The notes under the pieces are model-generated. The model saw only the letters and a list, made by a program, of their open reading frames with translations, was not told the DNA's origin and did not search any database. From positions 1 to 64,000 of the IMG/VR virus record IMGVR_UViG_3300027672_000010: DNA of 64,000 nucleotides; one strand, given 5' to 3'. A program made the position numbers and the translations under genes. Numbering within the stretch: the first letter of the stretch is position 1; each line of letters begins with the position of its first letter. Positions 18,849-27,345 of this stretch are shown here, in pieces. This DNA is from a virus (lineage: Duplodnaviria > Caudoviricetes).

Positions 18849-19541
18849 ATGCAGAAGTTTAAGACATTCACCGAAGAACTAGAATTACAAGAAGGGGTCA
18901 ATGATCCTGCCATCTTTAAAGCAGTATTCCTAGCAGGTGGTCCCGGTTCGGGTAAGTCATTCATAGCAGGTAAGACTGGTCTTGGATCTTTCGGATTCCG
19001 TATCATCAACTCCGATGACGCGTTCGAGAACTCTATGAAGAAAGCAGGAATGGAGATGTCACCCGAAGAGATCTTCTCGGTCAAGGGACAGGAACTTCGT
19101 GGTAAGGCAACAGCGATTACTGCCAAGAAGAAAGAGATGTATCTTAAAGGTCGATTGGGTATTTGTATTGATGGTACTGGTAAAGACTTCGAGAAGTTAA
19201 ACAAGCAACGTAAAGAACTAGAGAAGATGGGTTATGATTGTGCTATCATCGTAGTCAACACTAACCTAGATACTGCCGTAGGTCGTGACCAAGCACGGAA
19301 ACGTACTATCGGTAAGAAGATGTTAGAACCAATGTGGCAAGCAGTACAAGACAACATTGGTAAGTTTCAAACAGCATTCGGACGAAACAAAACCTTTATC
19401 GTAGATAACTCAGACGGCAAAGACTACCAGAAAGAAACAATGGCGGCATACAAAGGCGTTGGTGTCTGGGCAAAGAAAACACCAGACAACTCCAAAGCGC
19501 GTAAGTGGATCGCCAGTGAGACTAAGAAGAAGACTCGATAA
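18849..19541 (+). CDS. P-loop kinase (zeta-toxin/AAA_33-like), probable internal head protein
   Basis: GGPGSGKS Walker A, IINSDD, IDGTG; N-terminal MQKFKTFTEE..LQE. Confidence 0.75.
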   Translation: MQKFKTFTEELELQEGVNDPAIFKAVFLAGGPGSGKSFIAGKTGLGSFGFRIINSDDAFENSMKKAGMEMSPEEIFSVKGQELRGKATAITAKKKEMYLKGRLGICIDGTGKDFEKLNKQRKELEKMGYDCAIIVVNTNLDTAVGRDQARKRTIGKKMLEPMWQAVQDNIGKFQTAFGRNKTFIVDNSDGKDYQKETMAAYKGVGVWAKKTPDNSKARKWIASETKKKTR

Positions 19542-20456
19542 TTACTCGAAGTCATATCCTCGCGGATAAGTAATACCTCCGGGAGTCTTGTAGCAGTCAA
19601 TCATAGTATCTAGTACAGAGTATTCTATGTTCTTGTCTGCTTCAGACTCTTCTCTGAATCTTTCGTCCCAGATAGTCCGACTAACAAACACCTCGTTCAA
19701 CCAATCAGAATTATTCTCACGGACACCACCGATATACTTATCGGTGTCTTTGTCCTGATAGTTAATATCAATGATCTCGAATCCTTCACAACATATTGGC
19801 GAGAACGTAGATCGAATGTGATGTTCGGTGAATCCCTCGTCTTCTCCAATCTTAGGTACACCTGCGAACACAACCGCATCATACATTGTATTCTGTGGGG
19901 GTGTTATAGTAACGTTACCACCGTGCTTGTATTGCTCGGATGCAGGAACAAGATCAATCTCGTATCGTCTATATAACGAGTGCATCAACTGAGTGAACCT
20001 AGACTCTGGTGGTTTGGCAGTATGCATTTGGAAGTTCCTATAACCCATTGCCATCTTAACAATAGGAAGAAACTGAATCCAGATGTTAGGATCTACCATA
20101 GTAGTATCGGCAGACTTGAACGTTGGAGTTGGATGTAGGTTACGATCAGTCTTACGCGGATACGTCCATGATGTTTGTGCCGCATTGAAGTGACCAACAA
20201 ACAACACCTTATTGAATCCCTTCAATGAAAGATAGTTAAGCACCATAGGGCAGTAGTTGAACACATCATTAACAGTATGAGAGTCGGCATCCTTCCATCG
20301 TGTAACTAGATCATTTTTACGTTTCTCTGCATCTATGGTGTAGTTTAACTTACCCCATTGGTTCTGCTTATCGTGCTTATGAACATAAGTCCCAACAGAT
20401 GATCCTGCCGCCCTTTTGCCCTTCTGAAGAAGTTCATTCACTGCTCTGTATTGCAT
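19542..20456 (-). CDS. Hypothetical protein (late)
   Basis: 304-aa ORF, AAGGA RBS, downstream of minus-strand late promoter. Confidence 0.75.
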   Translation of the reverse strand: MQYRAVNELLQKGKRAAGSSVGTYVHKHDKQNQWGKLNYTIDAEKRKNDLVTRWKDADSHTVNDVFNYCPMVLNYLSLKGFNKVLFVGHFNAAQTSWTYPRKTDRNLHPTPTFKSADTTMVDPNIWIQFLPIVKMAMGYRNFQMHTAKPPESRFTQLMHSLYRRYEIDLVPASEQYKHGGNVTITPPQNTMYDAVVFAGVPKIGEDEGFTEHHIRSTFSPICCEGFEIIDINYQDKDTDKYIGGVRENNSDWLNEVFVSRTIWDERFREESEADKNIEYSVLDTMIDCYKTPGGITYPRGYDFE

Positions 20457-20459
20457 GGT

Positions 20460-20723
20460 TTATCCTTTATAAATCTTTTGTATGTGAGTCTCGAATAGTT
20501 CGATCTTCTCTAGTCGTTGTGGCCACAGTATATAATCCTTCTCAGGATTCTGTTTCAAGTTGTTCAGCAATGGTTGAATGCCATTATACAACTTGTCTAA
20601 TCGTTCTTTGTATGTGTCCACTTCGTCAGATGTAGCACTGGCACTAGCAACGGCACTCTGTACTGCCTCTAGTTCATCCTCATCTACAATGGTAAATCCA
20701 AAGTCAAAGATCTCGTCACTCAT
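20460..20723 (-). CDS. Conserved T4-like hypothetical protein
   Basis: FDFGF...LLNNLKQNPEKDYILWP motif. Confidence 0.75.
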   Translation of the reverse strand: MSDEIFDFGFTIVDEDELEAVQSAVASASATSDEVDTYKERLDKLYNGIQPLLNNLKQNPEKDYILWPQRLEKIELFETHIQKIYKG

Positions 20724-20751
20724 ATTTATACCTTTATTTTGCGTTTACCTT

Positions 20752-20800
20752 TATTTATACCTTGACAAAGTTCCAAAAATACTATATAATGGTATAAATA
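20752..20800. promoter_or_regulatory. Divergent promoter hub: minus late, plus sigma70 and plus late
   Basis: TATTTATA 20752-59; TTGACA 20762-67 -17nt- TATAAT 20785-90; TATAAATA 20793-800. Confidence 0.8.
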
Positions 20801-20813
20801 AGTGGAGAATTAC

Positions 20814-20999
20814 ATGAGTGCAATGGGTGATGTAGTACAGCAGGTACAGGAGTTCGTAGATCCTATGTTATACAATGGGTATACTAACCAACAAATCTTA
20901 GATGAGTTCCAACGTCTATACCAAGACGATCCGAACTTCTTCTATATGAACAAGGTTATCACGGAACAACTCCGTGGTCGATCATTCCTAACGGAGTAG
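20814..20999 (+). CDS. Hypothetical protein
   Basis: GGAG RBS after promoter. Confidence 0.6.
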   Translation: MSAMGDVVQQVQEFVDPMLYNGYTNQQILDEFQRLYQDDPNFFYMNKVITEQLRGRSFLTE

Positions 21000-21008
21000 A
21001 TACAATCA

Positions 21009-21194
21009 GTGAAGAACTGGGACAATCCACAATCCAAATGGACAATTTGGAAACACGCACTTGGGTCATTCTCCGATGAACAGACCTATGGGCAAGACGA
21101 TAAGATTGCGTTGATCAGAACGGTCATTGTTGCCAGTAACCTATTGTGTGCGTATTTGTTTATGATTAATATTATAGTAGGATGGATTGGATGA
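21009..21194 (+). CDS. Small membrane protein
   Basis: WxIWxxxLG...IRT motif plus TM; related to 21318. Confidence 0.55.
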   Translation: MKNWDNPQSKWTIWKHALGSFSDEQTYGQDDKIALIRTVIVASNLLCAYLFMINIIVGWIG

Positions 21195-21370
21195 GACGTG
21201 GTACTCAACCACTAGCAGTTCGTGCCAAGCAACACATATCTATTTGTTGTAAGACTCTCTGCGAGAGAGAGATAGTAGAAGAATACATCAATCAATTAGA
21301 AGAGAGAGTAAAAGAACTTGAGCAAATGGTGGAGAATCTGGGCGAAGAGTCTAGGGGAGAAGGTCGGTGA
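21191..21370 (+). CDS. Small coiled-coil hypothetical protein
   Basis: ATGA overlap. Confidence 0.5.
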   Translation: MRRGTQPLAVRAKQHISICCKTLCEREIVEEYINQLEERVKELEQMVENLGEESRGEGR

Positions 21371-21497
21371 GTCAGACAAGCAAGCAAATACTATCGCAGG
21401 TGTCCGTACCGTGTGGTGGTTCACTCACATGGCAACCTGTTTCGCAATCATCCTTAATGCCATTGCCAATCACGGTTGGGGTTTGTTAGGACTGTGA
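21318..21497 (+). CDS. Small membrane protein (not in ORF track)
   Basis: MSKWWRIWAKSLGEK...VRT...TM; GTGA overlap with iscA. Confidence 0.5.
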   Translation: MSKWWRIWAKSLGEKVGESDKQANTIAGVRTVWWFTHMATCFAIILNAIANHGWGLLGL

Positions 21498-21841
21498 TCA
21501 CCGTAACACCAGACGCATTAGTCGTTTTACAACAGAGATTAGTCTCTCGACCTGACTGTGATGGTATTAGGTTAGAAGTTAAAGGCGCAGGTTGTAGTGG
21601 GTACGCATATCATATGGAGTACTCATACGCAAGAAAGCACGATGATGTTATTGTTCCACTAGAGGAAGTGTCCCTAGTGATAGACCCCAAGAGTATGCTG
21701 TTTATGACTGGAACACAGTTAGAATATGTAGTCGAGGGATTCAGTGAAGGATTTCAATTCGTCAACCCCAATGTAACAGGGGAATGCGGATGTGGTGAGA
21801 GTTTCTATTATGATGGCGAAAAAGTACCAACTAGCGAATAA
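21494..21841 (+). CDS. iscA: IscA/HesB Fe-S cluster assembly protein
   Basis: GCSGYAY, F.NPN...CGCGESF. Confidence 0.93.
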   Translation: MITVTPDALVVLQQRLVSRPDCDGIRLEVKGAGCSGYAYHMEYSYARKHDDVIVPLEEVSLVIDPKSMLFMTGTQLEYVVEGFSEGFQFVNPNVTGECGCGESFYYDGEKVPTSE

Positions 21842-21853
21842 CTACCAATTAAG

Positions 21854-22573
21854 ATGAACTATGATATTAATAAGTTTGATGAATTCGGTTACGTTGTTGT
21901 CACTGACTTTCTGTCGGAAGATGAACACCACCGTTTAAACACACAGTGTGATTACTTTACCATGCTCGGTAGCAACCTCACCAATAACGAAGATGGGTGG
22001 ATACTTAATTCCCCTAACAATCCATGTAAGTTAGATGGAGCAATGCATAGAAGTCAAGTGTTTAGAGACCTTGCCTCCAACGATACTTTAAGTAGTATTG
22101 CTCGAACACTTCTTGGACAAGAGAACATAGACACTTACATATCCAAGTTCTTTCCTATGGTACCACACGAAGGGTTCTCTGTAGGTTGGCACCAAGATAA
22201 CTTTTATATCAAAGCAGACCCTAGTCGTTTTATCAGTTGTGATGTGTTTGTTAATGGTGCGGATAAGGAGAATGGTTGTCTGCGAATTATACCCGACACC
22301 CAGATGGGTATTTGGGAAGTTCATCAAAAAACACACGGTGTGTTCTACTGGATAGATATAGAGGAAGAGGGTTTAACTATAGTAGACATAGAGTGTGATA
22401 CTACGTTCGCAGTATTCTTTCACCCGAACCTAGTACATGGTTGTTATAGAAACAAGAGTGACAGATATCGTTACAGTATTGCTTGGGAATATATTCACGA
22501 AGGTTATGTACCACAGACCCATATAGGTCATCAATCACAGGACAGGTTACCTGTATATTCCAAAAAGTTATAA
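21854..22573 (+). CDS. Phytanoyl-CoA dioxygenase-family 2OG-Fe(II) oxygenase
   Basis: WHQD, ENGCL, H...R motifs. Confidence 0.85.
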   Translation: MNYDINKFDEFGYVVVTDFLSEDEHHRLNTQCDYFTMLGSNLTNNEDGWILNSPNNPCKLDGAMHRSQVFRDLASNDTLSSIARTLLGQENIDTYISKFFPMVPHEGFSVGWHQDNFYIKADPSRFISCDVFVNGADKENGCLRIIPDTQMGIWEVHQKTHGVFYWIDIEEEGLTIVDIECDTTFAVFFHPNLVHGCYRNKSDRYRYSIAWEYIHEGYVPQTHIGHQSQDRLPVYSKKL

Positions 22574-22602
22574 GGTTATGCGATAATAGTCTAAGAAAGG
22601 GG

Positions 22603-22631
22603 TTGCGCGATACATAGAATGGTGGTATAAT
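22603..22631 (+). promoter_or_regulatory. Early sigma70-type promoter P5
   Basis: TTGCGC-17nt-TATAAT; upstream AATAGTCTAA shared with P3. Confidence 0.7.
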
Positions 22632-22658
22632 AGTACCCTATTCAGTGATAAAGAGAAG

Positions 22659-22961
22659 ATGATTATGAAAGACAGAATATTCAACTACGCCAAGACTGAT
22701 GACACTAACGTGTTCTACTTCAATCGTGTAGCAGATGCGTTCACTTCTAAGTTAGATTGGTACGACAATGATGACGTTGATATGATCGTCGTTGATGCCA
22801 CTAATACCTCACAAGAGACTGACAACATTTTCTCTTTCCTTTACCAAACTGAACCTAACACTGATCAAGTATGGATGCGCTTCGCCAAAGAGTTCGAAGT
22901 GACCAATGCTGATCTGATTCTTGATCCAACTAAACCTTCTTATATGATACAGGTGAAATAA
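22659..22961 (+). CDS. Early hypothetical protein
   Basis: Follows P5. Confidence 0.65.
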   Translation: MIMKDRIFNYAKTDDTNVFYFNRVADAFTSKLDWYDNDDVDMIVVDATNTSQETDNIFSFLYQTEPNTDQVWMRFAKEFEVTNADLILDPTKPSYMIQVK

Positions 22962-22963
22962 AT

Positions 22964-23320
22964 ATGTTTAATAATTATACATGCAATGCTGTTACTGGTG
23001 CCGCAGGTGGTTACACTCTTCGCTTCGGTGGTCTTGATATGGCGGCACTCCGTCCTGAATGTGTTCTGGGCGAGACTCCTATGGTTGACAAAGAAATATC
23101 TCTGTCTGCCAAGAAGTACAGCGTCGATGAACTTATGATCGGTGAGAAGTTTATCTCTTACGATCTAATCCTACGAATGATGCTGAAGGAAGGTGTAATC
23201 ACTCCCCAGACCAAAGTTAAGATTGGTGCCACTGGAAGACTTCGTGAAGTCTATAACTGTAAGACACAACTCGCATATCGTATGTGGGGTAAGTCGTACT
23301 ACGGTTGTGTGTCCAGATGA
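22964..23320 (+). CDS. Hypothetical protein
   Basis: Operonic spacing, AGGT RBS. Confidence 0.65.
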   Translation: MFNNYTCNAVTGAAGGYTLRFGGLDMAALRPECVLGETPMVDKEISLSAKKYSVDELMIGEKFISYDLILRMMLKEGVITPQTKVKIGATGRLREVYNCKTQLAYRMWGKSYYGCVSR

Positions 23321-23420
23321 TTGACTTTATCGCATCACTAACATTCAGTGAGGGGTTATCCATCCTCATCGTGTTTGGTGTGTTTGTCTTGTGGGTAGAG
23401 ATTAAAGGGAGAGACGAGCA

Positions 23421-23564
23421 ATGAGTAAACCACGCAATCCTGTTGCCAAGTTCCAACGCAAGTACAACAAGGCAAAGGTCTTTCTTGATCGCAAGCGCGA
23501 AGCAAAGAAGCAAGGCAAACTTGTGTATGCTGAATACCAACTACTAAAGGATAGTGACGAATGA
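23421..23564 (+). CDS. Small basic protein (RNPVAK type; not in ORF track)
   Basis: MSKPRNPVAKFQRKYNKAKVFLDRK; ATGA overlap with denV-like gene. Confidence 0.55.
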   Translation: MSKPRNPVAKFQRKYNKAKVFLDRKREAKKQGKLVYAEYQLLKDSDE

Positions 23565-24130
23565 ATATATTTAGATTAGATAATGATCCTGTTGTTGCCG
23601 CACAGATGATGTGTGATAAACACGTTGTCAAGATGGTTACTGAGTATGGTCAGTTACTCTCTACTGCCCACCGTGTACTAATGGGTACTCCAGAGAAACG
23701 TCTATCCAAGTCTGGCAAGCGTATGGTCGATCACTATGTAGTAAGAGGTGCCGCCAAAGAACGATTGCTATATAAGGTTGCCCATAAGAATCATCCGTCT
23801 GCTATCTGGGCACGAGAGAATAACGAAAACTACCGATGGTTATACAAGCACTTCCAAGCAACTGCGAAGGAGTACGAACATCGTTATGGTCGTGTACACA
23901 AGACATATAAAGATCTAGGTAGTATGTTGTGGTTCTCACCTATCGTACCAGACGGTACTGATTACCGATGGGCACGAGAGACAGAGATGCCTCAGTGTAT
24001 GCCTGATCACTGCAAACAAGACGATGTGGTTGATGCTTACCGGAAATACTATATAGAGGAGAAGAAAGGTTTTGCTAAGTGGACTAAAAGAAAGACACCC
24101 GACTGGTTTCACAAAGAAGATGTCGGTTAA
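23561..24130 (+). CDS. denV: Pyrimidine dimer DNA glycosylase/endonuclease V-like
   Basis: MNIF.LD...DKHVVKM..E..QLLST, H.NHP..W, AYRKYY. Confidence 0.85.
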   Translation: MNIFRLDNDPVVAAQMMCDKHVVKMVTEYGQLLSTAHRVLMGTPEKRLSKSGKRMVDHYVVRGAAKERLLYKVAHKNHPSAIWARENNENYRWLYKHFQATAKEYEHRYGRVHKTYKDLGSMLWFSPIVPDGTDYRWARETEMPQCMPDHCKQDDVVDAYRKYYIEEKKGFAKWTKRKTPDWFHKEDVG

Positions 24131-24245
24131 GGAAGTCATCGCCACAGCAATCCTATTGGTATGGTTATCTGCGTCATTAAACAAGTATGACGAACTATAT
24201 GGAGTAAGAATGTCAATGCGTAGAATGAATGAGTGCCGGAAAGTG

Positions 24246-24274
24246 TTGACAACATCAAACTAGCGTGGTATAAT
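24246..24274 (+). promoter_or_regulatory. Sigma70 consensus promoter
   Basis: TTGACA-17nt-TATAAT. Confidence 0.85.
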
Positions 24275-24431
24275 ATAAACTTAATACACAGACAAGGATA
24301 CCAATGAACAAGCGACTCAGACATTTACAACTTAGATCCGCACAGACTGCGCAACAAAGTAGAAGAAGAATGATGAGACTGAATGTATTATTTGAACAAG
24401 AAATTAAATCAATTGAAGGAGAAGATCCGTT

Positions 24432-24743
24432 ATGGCCTATACAGAAAAGCAGTGGAAAGCAGATGTCGAAGTAGCAAAGGGCGTTCTGAAAGAAACTTAT
24501 GTTAACAACATCATCTACGTTCAAGAACGTGTTAAAGATGGTGCTACAGAAGAAGAATTGAAACAGATCGAAGATCTGATCATGGCGAACGAGCGATTGA
24601 TTGTATACTTTGATGAAGGTGATGATTGGGTCAAAGACCTACACGAACAGGCAAAAGGCGATAATGCCGATGATGCCGAATTTGAGGAAGTTAAAGATGA
24701 TGAAGACGAAGTTGCGAGGATCGACAATGCCAGAAACTCTTAG
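24432..24743 (+). CDS. Acidic hypothetical protein
   Basis: AAGGAG RBS. Confidence 0.65.
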   Translation: MAYTEKQWKADVEVAKGVLKETYVNNIIYVQERVKDGATEEELKQIEDLIMANERLIVYFDEGDDWVKDLHEQAKGDNADDAEFEEVKDDEDEVARIDNARNS

Positions 24744-25068
24744 TGAAGAGCAACTAGCGAAGATCCAACAAGAACTGGTAGAAGAGACAGAACGTGTTGC
24801 TACTCTTGTTAAAGTGAAGGAAGGTTTGGTAGGTGCGTTACGCGATGGTGTGACACATTTATCTTTTAAGAAGGTTAATGGTAGCACTCGCAATATGATT
24901 GCCACCCTGAAGACTGACTTGATCCCCGAAGATAAGATTCCCGAAGAAGGTAAGGAACGTAAAGAGAGCGAAGCACTCGTTGTGTTGTATGACCTTGAAG
25001 AGAATGATTGGCGATCACTGCGCACCGAGAACCTTGTCGAATATCGGTGTGAAGCATGGCAAGCGTAA
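24727..25068 (+). CDS. SH3/WYL-like small protein
   Basis: F.KVNG..R.M.ATL...YDLE..DWRS motif. Confidence 0.65.
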   Translation: MPETLSEEQLAKIQQELVEETERVATLVKVKEGLVGALRDGVTHLSFKKVNGSTRNMIATLKTDLIPEDKIPEEGKERKESEALVVLYDLEENDWRSLRTENLVEYRCEAWQA

Positions 25069-25625
25069 AACGCAAACGGAAACCCATGTCCGAAGAGCAA
25101 CGTCTTGCGGCAAGCGAAAGACTTGCCAAGGCGCGTGAAGCACGAGGACATGATGGTTCCAAGAGCGTACATCCCTTGTTATTGGAACAAGACGATGATA
25201 GTCCTATTCATTGGAAGAAGGTTCGAGTATGGATCAAGGAGATCCAGTCGGAACTTACCTCAATGAAAGCAAAGAGACTGTCCAAGGATACCAAAGAGAG
25301 ACAAGAGTATCAGATACTTGAAGTATACCTTGGTAACCTGAAGAAGTTCCTAGAGTCTAGCATATGGTTAGATATGAGATACGGAAGACATCGTGAAGGA
25401 AGGATGAAGACTATCGTTACGACAATGGCATACTTTCCGTGTGGGAGACCTAAGAGGACTGTAGGTTTTTATTATAAAGATGTTGGTGTTTACACCGAGG
25501 AGATGAAGTCGCATGACGATAGAATTTACAGTACAGACGAACACACCCCCAGTAGCAGAGAACTTTATGAACAAGAAGAAGTTCTCGAAGATGGTGGAAC
25601 GGACGGTGAGGAACTCTGGACTTAA
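25056..25625 (+). CDS. Conserved hypothetical protein upstream of gp33
   Basis: PMSEEQR...ERLAKAR motif, synteny. Confidence 0.7.
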   Translation: MASVKRKRKPMSEEQRLAASERLAKAREARGHDGSKSVHPLLLEQDDDSPIHWKKVRVWIKEIQSELTSMKAKRLSKDTKERQEYQILEVYLGNLKKFLESSIWLDMRYGRHREGRMKTIVTTMAYFPCGRPKRTVGFYYKDVGVYTEEMKSHDDRIYSTDEHTPSSRELYEQEEVLEDGGTDGEELWT

Positions 25626-25776
25626 CTACATGGATTCTATTGTACATATGTGCGATACGAATAACATGGAAGTAGAGGACGTTAAGAAGTATTTGACAAC
25701 CTCTATCATTGACTGCCTTGAAAGTGAGGCAATGAGTTTAAACTTTCTAGAGAAAACTAACTCACTAGATGTTTAA
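25513..25776 (+). CDS. gp33: Late promoter transcription co-activator
   Basis: FS..VE...YMDSIV..C....E.E...EA..LNFL; immediately upstream of gp32. Confidence 0.85.
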   Translation: MTIEFTVQTNTPPVAENFMNKKKFSKMVERTVRNSGLNYMDSIVHMCDTNNMEVEDVKKYLTTSIIDCLESEAMSLNFLEKTNSLDV

Positions 25777-25783
25777 ATAACAC

Positions 25784-25812
25784 TTGACTTATGTGTATAA
25801 ATAGGTTATAAT
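25784..25812 (+). promoter_or_regulatory. gp32 promoter: sigma70 site with nested late promoter
   Basis: TTGACT-17nt-TATAAT with TATAAATA at 25796-803 in the spacer. Confidence 0.8.
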
Positions 25813-25892
25813 ACAATGGTACAATCAAGTACAAAGTGAACATACGCTGAGTAACACAACTGTAATACAATGCATATACTGGAGAAACAAAT

Positions 25893-26810
25893 ATGTCTTT
25901 TGCAAACCTAAAGTCTCGATCAACCGATATGAGCAAACTAGTAACTGCCGCGCAAGAAGCGTCAGGTCAAACAACCAAAACCAATAAGTACGATGATGAT
26001 CGTAAGTGGAAACCTACCGTTGATGATAACGGCAATGGTTACGCTGTGATTCGTTTCCTCCCTGCGATGGAAGGGGCAGATATGCCTTGGGAACGATATT
26101 GGGATCACGGATTCAAAGGCCCCGCAGGTCAGTGGTATATTGAGAAGTCTCTCACTACCATTGGTCAGAAGGATCCTGTATCCGAACTGAATTCACGTTT
26201 GTGGAACTCAGGTATCGAAGACGATAAAGAAACTGCTCGTCGGCAGAAACGTAGACTACACTATGTGTCAAACATCTTAGTAGTAAACGATCCAACTAAC
26301 CCCCAGAACAATGGGAAAGTATTCTTCTATGAGTATGGTAAGAAGATCTTTGATAAGATCATGGATATGATGCAACCACAGTTTCCGGGTGAAACTCCGA
26401 TTAACCCATTTGACTTCTGGGCAGGTGCAGACTTTGAATTGAAGATTCGTAATGTTGCAGGATATCGTAACTATGACAAGTCTGAGTTCAAATCAACTAC
26501 TGCTCTATATGAGTCTGATGAAGTTAAGTTGGAAGCAACGTACAACCAACAGTATGACCTACATGAATTTGTAGATCCTGCTAACTACAAGTCGTTTGAT
26601 GAACTTTCTTCTAGATTAGAACTAGTTCTTGGAACTGCTGTAGGTGGTAACGTTACACAAAAGAATGAAGCACTCACTCAGACTGCTGAGATGAATGTGG
26701 GACGTTCTGCTCCTCAACCAGAGATCGTTTCTGCTCCTGCCCCAACGGTAGGTGCGGCATCTGATGAAGAGGATACGCTATCTTACTTTGCTAAGATGGC
26801 ACAAGAATAG
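25893..26810 (+). CDS. gp32: Single-stranded DNA-binding protein
   Basis: NGYAVIRFLP, WYIE.SLTT, GKKIFDKI, YRNYDKSEF, acidic tail. Confidence 0.97.
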   Translation: MSFANLKSRSTDMSKLVTAAQEASGQTTKTNKYDDDRKWKPTVDDNGNGYAVIRFLPAMEGADMPWERYWDHGFKGPAGQWYIEKSLTTIGQKDPVSELNSRLWNSGIEDDKETARRQKRRLHYVSNILVVNDPTNPQNNGKVFFYEYGKKIFDKIMDMMQPQFPGETPINPFDFWAGADFELKIRNVAGYRNYDKSEFKSTTALYESDEVKLEATYNQQYDLHEFVDPANYKSFDELSSRLELVLGTAVGGNVTQKNEALTQTAEMNVGRSAPQPEIVSAPAPTVGAASDEEDTLSYFAKMAQE

Positions 26811-26943
26811 GTGATTGGAACTCAGTGAGTGAAAATCTGCTGATATTAAACTCACCTTTAACTAAAACACTAAACCAGACGTGGGTCACGGAGAAGTTTC
26901 GAACCAGTTGATCGGGTGTAGGGATGGAGTGATGAGTGTTTAT

Positions 26944-26977
26944 AAGGGGTATGACTGGATGTCATCCCCTTTTTTTA
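26944..26977. terminator. Terminator hairpin between convergent gp32 and iscU
   Basis: AAGGGGTATGAC-TGGAT-GTCATCCCCTT followed by T-run. Confidence 0.7.
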
Positions 26978-27345
26978 TTCCTGTAATCTGAGATTGCGCT
27001 CTTGATCGCGTCCTCTGCTAGGACAGAACAGTGTATCTTAACAGGTGGCAATGCTAACTCTTCTGCCAGTTCTGTATTCTTTATAGTGTTGGCATCATCC
27101 AAGGACTGACCAATGACCCATTCGGTAAGTAGACTACTAGAAGCAATAGCACTACCGCAACCATAAGTCTTGAACTTCGCATCTTCTATTATCCCTTCTT
27201 CGTTTACTCTTATCTGTAGTCTCATAACATCACCACACGCAGGGGCACCTACCATACCAGTGCCCACGTTCTTGTCGTGTTCGTCCATGTTTCCTACGTT
27301 TCGAGGATTCTCGTAATGGTCTAGTAACTTCTCACTGTATGCCAT
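26962..27345 (-). CDS. iscU: IscU Fe-S scaffold protein
   Basis: DHYENPRNVG, GAPACGDVM, FKTYGCGSAIASSS, LPPVKIHCS. Confidence 0.97.
   Translation of the reverse strand: MAYSEKLLDHYENPRNVGNMDEHDKNVGTGMVGAPACGDVMRLQIRVNEEGIIEDAKFKTYGCGSAIASSSLLTEWVIGQSLDDANTIKNTELAEELALPPVKIHCSVLAEDAIKSAISDYRNKKRG

Noticed and set aside
26790-26964. TGA readthrough/selenocysteine extension of iscU (frame stays open ~57 codons, hairpin at stop)
   Set aside because: IscU is already full length, the hairpin is explained as a terminator, and the extension has no recognisable features.
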